Assembly (NCBI GenBank): GCA_030605785.1
Contig: JAUWHS010000065.1
Location: forward strand, 1-56,877
Source: a bacterium
GTDB taxonomy: Bacteria > Babelota > Babeliae > Babelales > JAUWHS01
DNA: 56,877 nt
Direction of reading: 5' to 3'
The position numbers were made by a program, and so were the translations under genes. Positions 18,693 to 27,796 of the stretch are shown in pieces (within the stretch, counting starts at the first letter, position 1; each line of letters begins with the position of its first letter). The notes under the pieces are model-generated. The model was not told where the DNA came from and did not search any database. It saw only the letters and a list, made by a program, of their open reading frames with translations.

Positions 18693-18785
18693 GAGATTGT
18701 CCTAATTTAAAATTTTTAAAAAAATTAGTTCAGAGTAAAAATTAGAACAATCTTCTTTTTTTGTGAAGCAAAGATTTAAAAATAA

Positions 18786-20294
18786 TTAATCTGTTTTTGT
18801 TTTTGAATTTTGTTCGGTTGGTTTTTTTACAAACCAACTCAGACACCAATTAAAAAATGAATCGTAAGCTTCTTCTTCTCTTGTTAGCTGAGGTGATTGT
18901 TTCTTGCTTTCGTTTCTTGCTATTTCTTCTGATGTTCTGTTATCGCCAATAAACCTGTTTATAGCGAATGGCAATTCTCCGTTGGCATCACGTAGTGCTT
19001 CCTTGAGCCCATCTACGGCGCCAGTCACGGCTTTTTTACCAACTTGTTCTGCTAAATTTTCAATTGTATTAGGTTGCTTTTTATTCTCATCTTCTTTTGC
19101 TCCAGTGTTTTCTTCTTCCATGATTTCATCACCTCTTTCTTGGTGTCGGTGTTCATTTGTTTTTGTTTTGTCTTTTGTCTCAGTTGTTTCATATAGAAGG
19201 TGCCCTACAGGTGTATTACCCAAATTTGTTTTTAGTGTGTCAATTGCGGTTGTAATTGTTTGTTTTACTAATGCATCTATTGTTTGAGGTTCTGTTGATT
19301 CTTCTTCCATTACCTCTTCTTCCTCTTGGTGACGGTTTTCTGTTTGTTTATTTTCGTTTTCTCTTTCTTCTCTTGTTTCATGAGAGCCAAAAATTAAATT
19401 TGATACAAGCGTCCCATTACCATTTTCATCACGGAAGCCCTTTTTAAATCCATCTAAAGCAGCTTCAGTTTGTTTTTCCAGCGTATCTTTTAGATCATTT
19501 TTTGTTTTGTTTATATATTGTGTTGTTTTACTTGTGCCTTCTCTTGCTTTGGCTTTTATCTTTTGAATTCCAGGTTTTATGTAAGGTTTGTAAGTTAAAA
19601 TTATAATTATTGTAATTGTTAAAATTACAGCAGAAGCGATAATTAATCTTTTAGTTGTTTTTGTAACGAGTGGTTGAGCCGCGTTTAAACAAAGTATTCT
19701 AATGAAAAGGTCTAAATCTTTTTTCTTTAAAGTTTCTTTTTCAAATAAAATTTCTTCTTTAATTTGATTTAACAATAACGCAATTGCGCTTTTTCTGGTT
19801 TGATGAAAACTTATTGTTTTGTTTATAACAACCATTTTTATGAATGTTTTAGTAAGAATTGTTCTTGTTTTAAATGTTGGTAGATCTAATTTTTTTAAGT
19901 TTGGTAAAAAAAGATCACTAAGAGTTGATATTAGAGAAATTTTTATTTCTTCATCACATTTTAGATTGTTTATTAATTTATAAAATTCTAAATAATATAA
20001 ATTGTGTAATTTATCTAAAACAATAATGGATTGTTTTGATGGATTTTGTTCAAGAAGTTCGATTAAACCTAAAAGTTTTAAGCCCTCAGATTTAAAGCAT
20101 CTTTTATCAGGATTGACATTGATTTTTGTGTTTTTATCAATTAATCCTAAATCAATTAATTTTGAATAATTATATTTTAATTGTTGCTGAGCATTTTCAA
20201 CTTTGTTATTTAAATACCAGGAATTGTTTGCGTTTAGGTTTGTAAACAAAAAAATGATTGTAAAAAATTTTTTTAACATACAGAGCCCATTCAT
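18786..20294 (-). CDS. Hypothetical membrane protein with an internally duplicated acidic C-terminal region
   Basis: Signal-like N-terminus and a central TM helix (IIASAVILTITIIIILTY). Duplicated modules ALDGFKKGFRDENGNG.. / AVDGLKEALRDANGEL.. and NRHQEEEEVMEEE / HRHQERGDEIMEEE. Confidence 0.5.
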   Translation of the reverse strand: MNGLCMLKKFFTIIFLFTNLNANNSWYLNNKVENAQQQLKYNYSKLIDLGLIDKNTKINVNPDKRCFKSEGLKLLGLIELLEQNPSKQSIIVLDKLHNLYYLEFYKLINNLKCDEEIKISLISTLSDLFLPNLKKLDLPTFKTRTILTKTFIKMVVINKTISFHQTRKSAIALLLNQIKEEILFEKETLKKKDLDLFIRILCLNAAQPLVTKTTKRLIIASAVILTITIIIILTYKPYIKPGIQKIKAKAREGTSKTTQYINKTKNDLKDTLEKQTEAALDGFKKGFRDENGNGTLVSNLIFGSHETREERENENKQTENRHQEEEEVMEEESTEPQTIDALVKQTITTAIDTLKTNLGNTPVGHLLYETTETKDKTKTNEHRHQERGDEIMEEENTGAKEDENKKQPNTIENLAEQVGKKAVTGAVDGLKEALRDANGELPFAINRFIGDNRTSEEIARNESKKQSPQLTREEEAYDSFFNWCLSWFVKKPTEQNSKTKTD

Positions 20295-20404
20295 ATCTTT
20301 ATAATTTTTTAAATGTTGCTTTTTAGTAAGCTTTATTAAACTTATAGTCCAAGTATTCTATTAACTACTTTAATCGTGTCAACTGAATAGGTTTTAATTC
20401 AATT

Positions 20405-21154
20405 TTATAAGATTTTTAGCGCGTGTTTTTCAGCTTTTTTTAAATCTTGAGGAGTATCGATTCCGATTACTTCCTGATCTGTTTCATGAACTTTAATTTT
20501 TAAATTATTCGCGAGAAAATTTAATTGTTCTAATTTTTCAGCATCTTCCAAATAATTGTTATTTAATTTTGAAATTTTTTGTAAAGCTTTTGTTGTGTAA
20601 GCATAAATTCCAACGTGCTTATAATACTTTTGTTTTTCAAATTGGGTTTCATCTCTATAAAATGGAATTGGACTACGAGAAAAATACATTGCATTACCGG
20701 AATTATCGCAAACAACTTTCGCGAAATTTGGGTTATTTACTTCTTCTTTATTTACAATTCTTTTTTTTAATGTCCAAATATCGCAACTGTCGTCAGTTGA
20801 TTGCAATAATGTTTCAATCATTTGTTTATTTATAAATGGTTCATCCCCTTGCCAGTTTACCCAAATGTCACTTTTTATATTTTGTGATTCCATAATTTTG
20901 ATTATACGTTCTGTTCCTGATTGACAACTTGTTGGCGTCATTAAAAAATTTGCGTCAAAAGTTTTTAATAAATTAGCTGTTTTTTCTGAATCAATTCCAA
21001 AAATTATATTACCGAACATTTCTGTTTTTTGCGCCGCGTTCCAAACCCATTGTAATAATGGTTTGCCGTTTAATGACGCAAGCATTTTTTCAGGAAATCT
21101 TGTTGATTTTAGTCTTGCGGGAATAACGCATGTAATTTTTTTATTAATAATCAT
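20405..21154 (-). CDS. kdsB: 3-deoxy-manno-octulosonate cytidylyltransferase (CMP-Kdo synthetase)
   Basis: VIPARLKSTRFPEKML..NGKPLLQWV, WVNWQGDEPF and HVGIYAY are blocks characteristic of KdsB. Confidence 0.85.
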   Translation of the reverse strand: MIINKKITCVIPARLKSTRFPEKMLASLNGKPLLQWVWNAAQKTEMFGNIIFGIDSEKTANLLKTFDANFLMTPTSCQSGTERIIKIMESQNIKSDIWVNWQGDEPFINKQMIETLLQSTDDSCDIWTLKKRIVNKEEVNNPNFAKVVCDNSGNAMYFSRSPIPFYRDETQFEKQKYYKHVGIYAYTTKALQKISKLNNNYLEDAEKLEQLNFLANNLKIKVHETDQEVIGIDTPQDLKKAEKHALKIL

Positions 21155-21258
21155 TTTAAACTTTCTTGTTATCGCAATTATTGTTTTTTAACTTTTACTT
21201 TATTTTTCTGTATTATACAGTCTTTATAAAGTTTTTAAATTTAAAATCAGGGTTAAGA

Positions 21259-22536
21259 ATGTCAAATGAGTATTTACTTGTAAAACAATCATTAAATTTA
21301 AATGGAACAGTTAATATTGTTGGCGCGAAGAATGCGGTTTTAGTAATTATGGCTTCTTTGCTTTTAACGAGTGGTAAATCGGAAATAAGCAATGTTCCTG
21401 ATTCCGCTGATGTACGCCAAATGATCAAGCTATTAAAAAGCTTGGGCGCAAAAGTTTTTTTTGATATTCAAAATAATTTTTTAACCATTGATACAACAAA
21501 TGTTAATAAGTTTGAAGTCTGTCCTGAAATCATGAATAAAATGCGCGCGTCAATTTTAGTTATGGGCCCTTTACTTTCTCGGTTTAATAAAGCAAAAATA
21601 GCGCTTCCCGGAGGTTGTTTAATTGGAACTCGTCCGATTGATATTCATTTAAAAAATTTTTCAAAATTAGGGGTTAGGTTTTTACAACAAGATCATTTCT
21701 TAGAAGCAACTTTTTCAGTTGATAAAAAAAAAGAAAATAAAATTATTTTAGAGTATCCAAGTGTTGGGGCGACTGAAAATTTAATTATGTTTGCGGTTCT
21801 AAGTAAAAGCTATACAACAATTGTAAACGCGGCGCTTGAACCGGAAGTTCTAGATTTAATTGAGGTGTTGAAAAAAATGGGCGCGGACATTGAAGTTTGC
21901 GCGCCTGCAACATTAAAAATCAAAGGGGTTGATAAACTCAATCCGGTTAAACATAAAGTTATTCCTGATCGACTTGAGGCCGGTTCTCTTTTACTTGCTT
22001 GCGCGATAACGGGTGGGCAAATTTATTTGCCGGACGCAAAAGCAAATCATATGGATGTTTTTTTAGAAAAATTACGAGAAATGGGACACGAAGTTTTAGA
22101 AGAAAAAAATGGTGGAATAAAATTTAAAGCGACAAGAAATCCAAAAGCCGTAAATTTTAAAACAGGTCCTTACCCAGGTTTTCCAACCGACTTGCAAGCG
22201 CCAATGATGGCAGCGTTATGTTTTGCGGATGGTGTTAGTGTGATTGAAGAAACTGTTTTTGAAAATAGATTGTTACACGTAAAAGAATTAAATAAAATGG
22301 GCGCTCAAATTACAGTTGATGGAAACAAAGCAACTGTTAGAAAAATAGATGAATTTTATGGCGCGGAAGTTATCGCGACAGATATTAGAGCTTCTTGCGC
22401 ATTATTAATTTCAGGTTTAGTCGCGAATGGTGAAACTAAAATTACAGGATTGCATCATTTAAGAAGAGGTTATGATCAATTAGATAAAAAACTGTGTGGT
22501 TTAGGCGCGGATATAAAATTAGTATTACAGGCTTGA
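21259..22536 (+). CDS. murA: UDP-N-acetylglucosamine 1-carboxyvinyltransferase
   Basis: GTVNIVGAKNAVLVIMASLLL, the CLIGTRPID active-site Cys region and GFPTDLQAPMMA. Start set at ATG 21259; the TTG at 21166 adds a non-conserved hydrophobic extension. Confidence 0.9.
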   Translation: MSNEYLLVKQSLNLNGTVNIVGAKNAVLVIMASLLLTSGKSEISNVPDSADVRQMIKLLKSLGAKVFFDIQNNFLTIDTTNVNKFEVCPEIMNKMRASILVMGPLLSRFNKAKIALPGGCLIGTRPIDIHLKNFSKLGVRFLQQDHFLEATFSVDKKKENKIILEYPSVGATENLIMFAVLSKSYTTIVNAALEPEVLDLIEVLKKMGADIEVCAPATLKIKGVDKLNPVKHKVIPDRLEAGSLLLACAITGGQIYLPDAKANHMDVFLEKLREMGHEVLEEKNGGIKFKATRNPKAVNFKTGPYPGFPTDLQAPMMAALCFADGVSVIEETVFENRLLHVKELNKMGAQITVDGNKATVRKIDEFYGAEVIATDIRASCALLISGLVANGETKITGLHHLRRGYDQLDKKLCGLGADIKLVLQA

Positions 22537-23379
22537 GGATAATTCTGAAACTTCTCTCGTTATTAGCGCTTGTCGTGTTTTATTATATTCTAATGTTAAT
22601 TGTTCTAAGTAATTATCAGCGTTATTTGTAGCTGCGTCCATCGCTAAAAATCTTGAAGCTTGTTCTGATAGGATCGCGTTAAACAAAAGATGGGAGATTG
22701 AGCTTTTAAGATAAGCCTTTGCCAGCGAATCCATTATTTTTTGGCTGCTTTCTGTTTGCATTAAATCTTTTATTTTTATTTCTTCTGTTTGTGTTGTTGT
22801 TGGAATGATTGTTGTTTTGTGTGGATGTTGAGCAAAAAAGTTTTTTATTTTAGCGCTGAAAAAAACAACAGAAGAATAATTTTTTTGGGGATCATAAATG
22901 GTTTTGATTATTTCTTGAGTTAGGGTTAGGTAATTACCGGATCCGATTTCATTAAAACTTAAGATGACTTTTGCGGATTTAGGGAGATTAAGTTCAGGAA
23001 TAAATTTTTGAGATTTCAGTCCAATTGTTATGATTTCCGCTTTTTGATGATTTTCTAATATTAATGTTTTTTGTAGATATTTAAGGAGGTTGGAGTTTAA
23101 ACTTCCGCACAATCCTTTTGTTGTTGATACAATTATAAAAAGAGGTTTTGAATCTAAAATATCTCCTGGTACTAAGATTTTGTTTTTCCATTCCGGATTG
23201 TGAGCTTTCGCATAACTAAATAACTGAAAAATACTGTTTGTATAATTTTGTAAGTTGTCCTTTTGTTTTTCGAGTCTTGAATATAGAGACATTGAAACTA
23301 ATCTTACAGCGTGAGTTATTTTTTTTGTTGTTTTAATTGATTTAATTTTTTGTCTTATTTGTGTTAATTGAGCCATCAT
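22525..23379 (-). CDS. atpG: F-type ATP synthase gamma subunit
   Basis: N-terminal IRQKIKSIKTTKKITHAVRLVSMS and C-terminal LEYNKTRQALITREVSELSSS match the two conserved gamma helices. Its 3' end overlaps murA by 12 nt, convergently. Confidence 0.8.
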   Translation of the reverse strand: MMAQLTQIRQKIKSIKTTKKITHAVRLVSMSLYSRLEKQKDNLQNYTNSIFQLFSYAKAHNPEWKNKILVPGDILDSKPLFIIVSTTKGLCGSLNSNLLKYLQKTLILENHQKAEIITIGLKSQKFIPELNLPKSAKVILSFNEIGSGNYLTLTQEIIKTIYDPQKNYSSVVFFSAKIKNFFAQHPHKTTIIPTTTQTEEIKIKDLMQTESSQKIMDSLAKAYLKSSISHLLFNAILSEQASRFLAMDAATNNADNYLEQLTLEYNKTRQALITREVSELSSSL

Positions 23380-23525
23380 TTGTTCCTTGAGCTTTTAACT
23401 TGCGCCATTTTTGAGTGGTTTTAAAATGAAGTAAAAAAATTGTATGCAATTTGTAAAGATAGTTTACTTTGTATAAGTTTAATTTTCAACGAAACGCTTT
23501 GATTATAAATTAAGGATCTTGTTTT

Positions 23526-24167
23526 ATGATTATTTTGATAGATGGGTACAATCTTTTAAAGCAAGTTTTTCATAAAGTTAAGGGCAAACTTGATAAACAA
23601 CGGCAACAACTAATAAAAGAACTTGGTTTTTACAAACATAAAAAAGAAATTAAAGAGATAATTGTTGTTTTTGACGGTGGGTTGATTAATCACGCGACAA
23701 GAGAAATAAAACATGGGATTACGATAATTTTTTCCGGCCGGAAGCAAACGGCAGATGATTGGATTTTAGATCATATTGAAAAATATAAAAATAATGAATA
23801 TTTGTTGGTTTCCTTAGACAGAGAGTTAAAACAGAAGGCATCTGTTTTTGGAGTTGATTCAATAGATGTTTTTGATTTTTATAAAATATTACAAAATTGT
23901 TTGCAAGATGACGCTAAGAAATATTTTACAAAAAATGGAATGCCGGGAGAATTATTAAAATATGAAACTAATAAAGAAGATATATTTGAAAATTTTGAAC
24001 AAAAAGTGGATACTCAAGCTTTGGATTTGTTGATGGAGGAAGCAAGTTTAAATGGCTTTGATTTTGAGAAGGATGATTTCCATTTAGAAAAAAATAAAAA
24101 AAAGGGAAAAGAAAAAACTTTATCCAGAAAAGAAAAAAGATATGATAAAAAAATTAAAAAATTATAG
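23526..24167 (+). CDS. YacP/Rae1-like NYN-domain ribonuclease with a Lys/Glu-rich tail
   Basis: N-terminal MIILIDGYNLLK and VVFDG are typical of the YacP (DUF901/NYN) family. Its position upstream of the rpmG-secE-nusG block matches the Bacillus arrangement as I recall it. Confidence 0.6.
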   Translation: MIILIDGYNLLKQVFHKVKGKLDKQRQQLIKELGFYKHKKEIKEIIVVFDGGLINHATREIKHGITIIFSGRKQTADDWILDHIEKYKNNEYLLVSLDRELKQKASVFGVDSIDVFDFYKILQNCLQDDAKKYFTKNGMPGELLKYETNKEDIFENFEQKVDTQALDLLMEEASLNGFDFEKDDFHLEKNKKKGKEKTLSRKEKRYDKKIKKL

Positions 24168-24172
24168 AGTTG

Positions 24173-24613
24173 ATGATGGAAATAAAATTTAATATTAATC
24201 AAATAGATGAAATTGTAGATAAATATCTAATACCGGCCTTAAAAAATCATACAATTTTTATGTTTACAGGACCCTTGGGCGCAGGAAAGACAACGATAAT
24301 TAAAGCCCTTTTGAGACACTGCGGAATAAAGCAAAGTATTACCAGTCCTACATTTAATTATGTGAATACATATCAAAATGATAAAAAACAAATTTTCAAC
24401 CATTTTGATTTATATAGAATTGATTCGATTAATAATTTTTTATCTACCGGTTTTGATGAGTTTTTGTATCGATCTAATGAATTTAATTTAATTGAATGGC
24501 CCGGGGTTATTGAGCCTTTACTTGATGATAAAAGTATTAAAGACAAAGTATTTTCAGTTGTTTTAGAACACGTTGAAGATTGTCCTGAATTAAGGATTTT
24601 AAAAATTAATTAG
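24173..24613 (+). CDS. tsaE: tRNA t6A37 biosynthesis ATPase TsaE (YjeE)
   Basis: GPLGAGKTT, SPTFNYVN, HFDLYRI and IEWP are motifs characteristic of TsaE. Confidence 0.85.
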   Translation: MMEIKFNINQIDEIVDKYLIPALKNHTIFMFTGPLGAGKTTIIKALLRHCGIKQSITSPTFNYVNTYQNDKKQIFNHFDLYRIDSINNFLSTGFDEFLYRSNEFNLIEWPGVIEPLLDDKSIKDKVFSVVLEHVEDCPELRILKIN

Positions 24614-24811
24614 ACTGAGAAGGCTAAAATTCAGTTTTTGAATGAAATTGTTAACATTTTTTAAAAAAAAGTTGAAATCTTTATTAAAATCACTATGCTA
24701 ATTTTCACAGGATTTGGTGTTTTTCGATGCAATTTTTTCCATTTTTGAATATTTAAAGCTTTGAAATAATAATTATTATTCAACTTGATAAGTTGTATAA
24801 TGATAAAGAGT

Positions 24812-24896
24812 GGGGAGGTTCCCGAGTGGTCAAAGGGGACGGACTGTAAATCCGTTGACTTCGTCTTCACAGGTTCGAATCCTGTTCTCCCCACCA
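24812..24896 (+). tRNA. tRNA-Tyr (anticodon GUA), class II with long variable arm
   Basis: GGGGAGG / ACGGA-CTGTAAA-TCCGT / variable arm TGACTTCGTCTTC / ACAGG-TTCGAAT-CCTGT / TCTCCCC-A-CCA. Confidence 0.9.
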
Positions 24897-25118
24897 GTCT
24901 TCGCTCTTACGAGCTACGCCTGGCAGGCCAGTATTTTTAAATGACTTTGATAATAAATTAATTTTGTTAACAAATAAGCGAAGACTGTCCGGCGAAGCAT
25001 TTATTTATGTTGTTATTAAATTTTTTTATTGAGGCGAAGACGGACTTAAGTTTCCAAATCCTTTTCAACCTTAATGTTTTTGATAGAATGAAATTTGTAT
25101 AAAAGTATTGAAATATTT

Positions 25119-25194
25119 GCGGGAATAGCTCAATTGGTAGAGCGACAGCCTTCCAAGCTGTAGGTTGCGGGTTCGAGTCCCGTTTCCCGCTCCA
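25119..25194 (+). tRNA. tRNA-Gly (anticodon UCC)
   Basis: GCGGGAA / GCTC-AATTGGTA-GAGC / ACAGC-CTTCCAA-GCTGT / GCGGG-TTCGAGT-CCCGT / TTCCCGC-T-CCA. Confidence 0.9.
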
Positions 25195-25208
25195 TTTTTT
25201 TTGTGAGC

Positions 25209-25284
25209 GCTGGCATAGCTCAGTTGGTAGAGCAGCTGATTTGTAATCAGCAGGTCGCTGGTTCGAGTCCAGTTGCCAGCTCCA
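25209..25284 (+). tRNA. tRNA-Thr (anticodon UGU)
   Basis: GCTGGCA / GCTC-AGTTGGTA-GAGC / GCTGA-TTTGTAA-TCAGC / GCTGG-TTCGAGT-CCAGT / TGCCAGC-T-CCA. Confidence 0.9.
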
Positions 25285-25435
25285 TTTTCTTTTACAATAC
25301 TTTTTTCATTATTTTTTTTACTTTTTTTTCTTTTCATTTAATATAAATGTCTTATAAAGACGGCAAAAAGTTGGGGTGTAGTTTTTTGAAAGAATTGTTG
25401 TGGGGAATTGCGGACGAAGTTTTCTTGATTGAATC

Positions 25436-25511
25436 GTCCGCGTAGCTCAGTTGGTAGAGCACTTCCTTGGTAAGGGAGAGGTCACCGGTTCAATCCCGGT
25501 CGCGGGCTCCA
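25436..25511 (+). tRNA. tRNA-Thr (anticodon GGU)
   Basis: GTCCGCG / GCTC-AGTTGGTA-GAGC / CTTCC-TTGGTAA-GGGAG / CACCGG-TTCAATC-CCGGT / CGCGGGC-T-CCA, with one G-U pair in the acceptor stem. Confidence 0.85.
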
Positions 25512-25538
25512 TAGTTTTGGTTTTATGGAAAGTTAAAT

Positions 25539-25697
25539 ATGGCAAAAAATAGAACGATTATTACTTTTGAGTGTAGTGATTGCAAAATGCGCAATTATAC
25601 GACAAGAGTTTCTAAAAAGAGAGCTTTTGGTAAATTATCTCTAAATAAGTATTGTTCTAAGTGCAGAAAGCATGTTTTGCACAAAGAAACAAAATAA
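25539..25697 (+). CDS. rpmG: 50S ribosomal protein L33 (52 aa; not in the supplied ORF track)
   Basis: Manual translation gives [52 protein letters not shown], with the L33 CxxC...CxxC zinc ribbon and the canonical position upstream of secE. Confidence 0.9.
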   Translation: MAKNRTIITFECSDCKMRNYTTRVSKKRAFGKLSLNKYCSKCRKHVLHKETK

Positions 25698-25711
25698 TAA
25701 GGAGATCGGTA

Positions 25712-25787
25712 GGGTCAGTAGCTCCAATGGTAGAGCAGCGGTCTCCAAAACCGCGTGCTGGGGGTTCGAGTCCCTCCTGACCCGCCA
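25712..25787 (+). tRNA. tRNA-Trp (anticodon CCA)
   Basis: GGGTCAG / GCTC-CAATGGTA-GAGC / GCGGT-CTCCAAA-ACCGC / GGGGG-TTCGAGT-CCCTC / CTGACCC-G-CCA. Confidence 0.9.
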
Positions 25788-25837
25788 TTTGTGTACATAA
25801 TTGTAGTGATGAGCAATTTTTTAATAGGGATTAGTTT

Positions 25838-26023
25838 ATGAGCAAAGTTATTACATTTATTAATGAGGTTAAGGGCGAATTAAGAAAAGTTTCTTGGCCT
25901 AGTAGAGAAGATCTTGTTGGTACTGCGATAGTTGTATGTATTATTGTTGCGATCTTCGCAGTTATTTTGGGTGGGATGGATGCTCTTTTTAGTTCTGTAG
26001 TTAAAAAGCTAATTAGTAGTTAA
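25838..26023 (+). CDS. secE: Preprotein translocase subunit SecE
   Basis: 61 aa, with EVKGELRKVSWPSREDL followed by a single TM helix. It sits in the canonical position before nusG. Confidence 0.85.
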   Translation: MSKVITFINEVKGELRKVSWPSREDLVGTAIVVCIIVAIFAVILGGMDALFSSVVKKLISS

Positions 26024-26072
26024 TAAAGAGTAAGGTTATTATTTTGTTGATTTTATTATTATTGGTTGATTT

Positions 26073-26591
26073 ATGAAACGTTGGTATGTAGTTCAGGTTT
26101 ATACCGGTTTTGAAGATGTCGTCAAAAAAGATTTAGAAAAAAAGATTTCAGAAGAAAAGATAGAAGATTTGATTGACGAGGTTTTGATTCCGACCGGTGA
26201 ACTTGCGAGTTTTTTTCAAAGTTCAGAGTCTAAAAAAGAAAAAATATTTCCAGGCTATTTATTAGTTCACATGGAAATGGTTCCGGAAGCATATATTGCC
26301 GTTTCATCTACTGCGAGAGTTACTCGTTTTCTTGGGGGTAAGGATCCTGTCGCGATTTCAGATAAAGAAGCTGAAAGAATTTTCTCACAAATTTCTGGAG
26401 AAATAGCGCTTGGAGGAGAAGAGTCGCCTTTTGCGGAAGGTGGAGAAGTTCATATTTCAAGTGGTCCGTTTTCAGGGTTTGTTGGAATTATTGATAAGGT
26501 TGATGAAGACAGAGAAAAACTTACTGTTATGGTAAGTATTTTTGGGCGGTTGACACCTGTTGAATTGGGTTTTGATCAGGTTAAAAAATAA
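26073..26591 (+). CDS. nusG: Transcription termination/antitermination factor NusG
   Basis: [16 protein letters not shown] start and the KOW motif [21 protein letters not shown]. Confidence 0.95.
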   Translation: MKRWYVVQVYTGFEDVVKKDLEKKISEEKIEDLIDEVLIPTGELASFFQSSESKKEKIFPGYLLVHMEMVPEAYIAVSSTARVTRFLGGKDPVAISDKEAERIFSQISGEIALGGEESPFAEGGEVHISSGPFSGFVGIIDKVDEDREKLTVMVSIFGRLTPVELGFDQVKK

Positions 26592-26614
26592 GTTCAAAAT
26601 TAGGTGATATCATT

Positions 26615-27040
26615 ATGGCTAAAAAAATAAAAGCAAAAATTAAACTCCAAATTCGTGGTGGTGGCGCGACGCCTGCTCCTCCTGTGGGATCCAGTTTGGG
26701 TCAGCATGGTGTAAGTATTATGGAGTTTTGTAAGCAATTTAACGCTCAGACTTCAAAACGTAAAGGTGAAACAGTTCCTGTTGTTATTACAGTTTATGAA
26801 GATCGTTCTTTTGATTTTATTACAAAGACTCCACCTGTTTCTGAGTTGTTACGTAGTAAGGCTAATATAAAAAAAGGATCAAAAACGCCGGGTAGCGCTT
26901 CTGCCGGTTCTGTTAAATGGTCCGATGTTGAAGAAATAGCTAAAACTAAGATGCCAGATCTTAATGCTATTGACATAGAAGGCGCTAAACAGATAGTTGC
27001 CGGAAGTGCCAGGAGTATGGGATTAACTGTTGTTGATTAA
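26615..27040 (+). CDS. rplK: 50S ribosomal protein L11
   Basis: [28 protein letters not shown]. Confidence 0.95.
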   Translation: MAKKIKAKIKLQIRGGGATPAPPVGSSLGQHGVSIMEFCKQFNAQTSKRKGETVPVVITVYEDRSFDFITKTPPVSELLRSKANIKKGSKTPGSASAGSVKWSDVEEIAKTKMPDLNAIDIEGAKQIVAGSARSMGLTVVD

Positions 27041-27077
27041 TAATTTTAATGTGTAAACGAGCGAAGTGGAATTTTCT

Positions 27078-27773
27078 ATGAGCAAAATAGGCAAAAAACA
27101 CAAAGAGTCTTTAGAGGCTTTGTCTAATCAGGAGCCTTCTTCTTTGGATGAAAAATTAGAATTTATTATTAAAAATTCTAAGACTAAGTTTGATGAATCA
27201 GTGGATTTAGATCTTACTTTAGGAATTGATCCATCAAAGGGTGAGCAATCTGTTCGTGGAGCGGTTTTACTTCCACACGGTACAGGAAAAAAAGTTAGAG
27301 TTATCGCTTTTGTGAAAGGCGATAAAGAGGAAGAGGCGAAAAAAGCGGGCGCGGATTTTGCGGGTCTTGAAGATTTAATTGAAAAGATTTCCAATGGCTG
27401 GATGGAATTTGACGCGGCTGTTGCTACTCCGGATTTGATGGGGCAAGTTGGTAAGGTTGCTAGAGTTTTAGGTCCTCGAGGTTTGTTGCCAAATAAAAAA
27501 GTCGGAACAGTTACTTTTGATGTTGCTTCTGTTATTGAAGAACTGAAAAAGGGGCGAGTTTCTTATAAAAATGATAAAAGCGGTATTATACATGCTTCTT
27601 TTGGTAAGGTTTCTTTTGGCGTAGAAAAGTTAAAAGAAAATCTTTTGGCTTTAGTTAAAGCTATTCAATCAAGTAAACCGGCATCATCTAAAGGTAAGTT
27701 TTTAAAAAAAATTACTCTTTCTTCTACAATGGGTGTTGGGTTACCGGTTGATTCAGATGAAGTTTTAGGTTAG
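27078..27773 (+). CDS. rplA: 50S ribosomal protein L1
   Basis: FDESVDLDLTLGIDPSKGEQSVRGAVLLPHGTGK and GPRGLLPN. ATG 27078 is preferred over the GTG at 27066. Confidence 0.95.
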   Translation: MSKIGKKHKESLEALSNQEPSSLDEKLEFIIKNSKTKFDESVDLDLTLGIDPSKGEQSVRGAVLLPHGTGKKVRVIAFVKGDKEEEAKKAGADFAGLEDLIEKISNGWMEFDAAVATPDLMGQVGKVARVLGPRGLLPNKKVGTVTFDVASVIEELKKGRVSYKNDKSGIIHASFGKVSFGVEKLKENLLALVKAIQSSKPASSKGKFLKKITLSSTMGVGLPVDSDEVLG

Positions 27774-27796
27774 GTAGCTTTAAGGGGTAATTGAAT

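Noticed and set aside
21166-21258. 31-aa hydrophobic N-terminal extension of murA from the TTG at 21166
   Set aside because: It is non-conserved and AT-rich and lies in the kdsB/murA divergent promoter region. The MurA homology starts at ATG 21259.
24661-25337. Minus-strand ORFs 24661-24894 and 25071-25337
   Set aside because: They run straight through tRNA-Tyr, tRNA-Gly and tRNA-Thr. They are open only because tRNA sequences lack stops in that frame.
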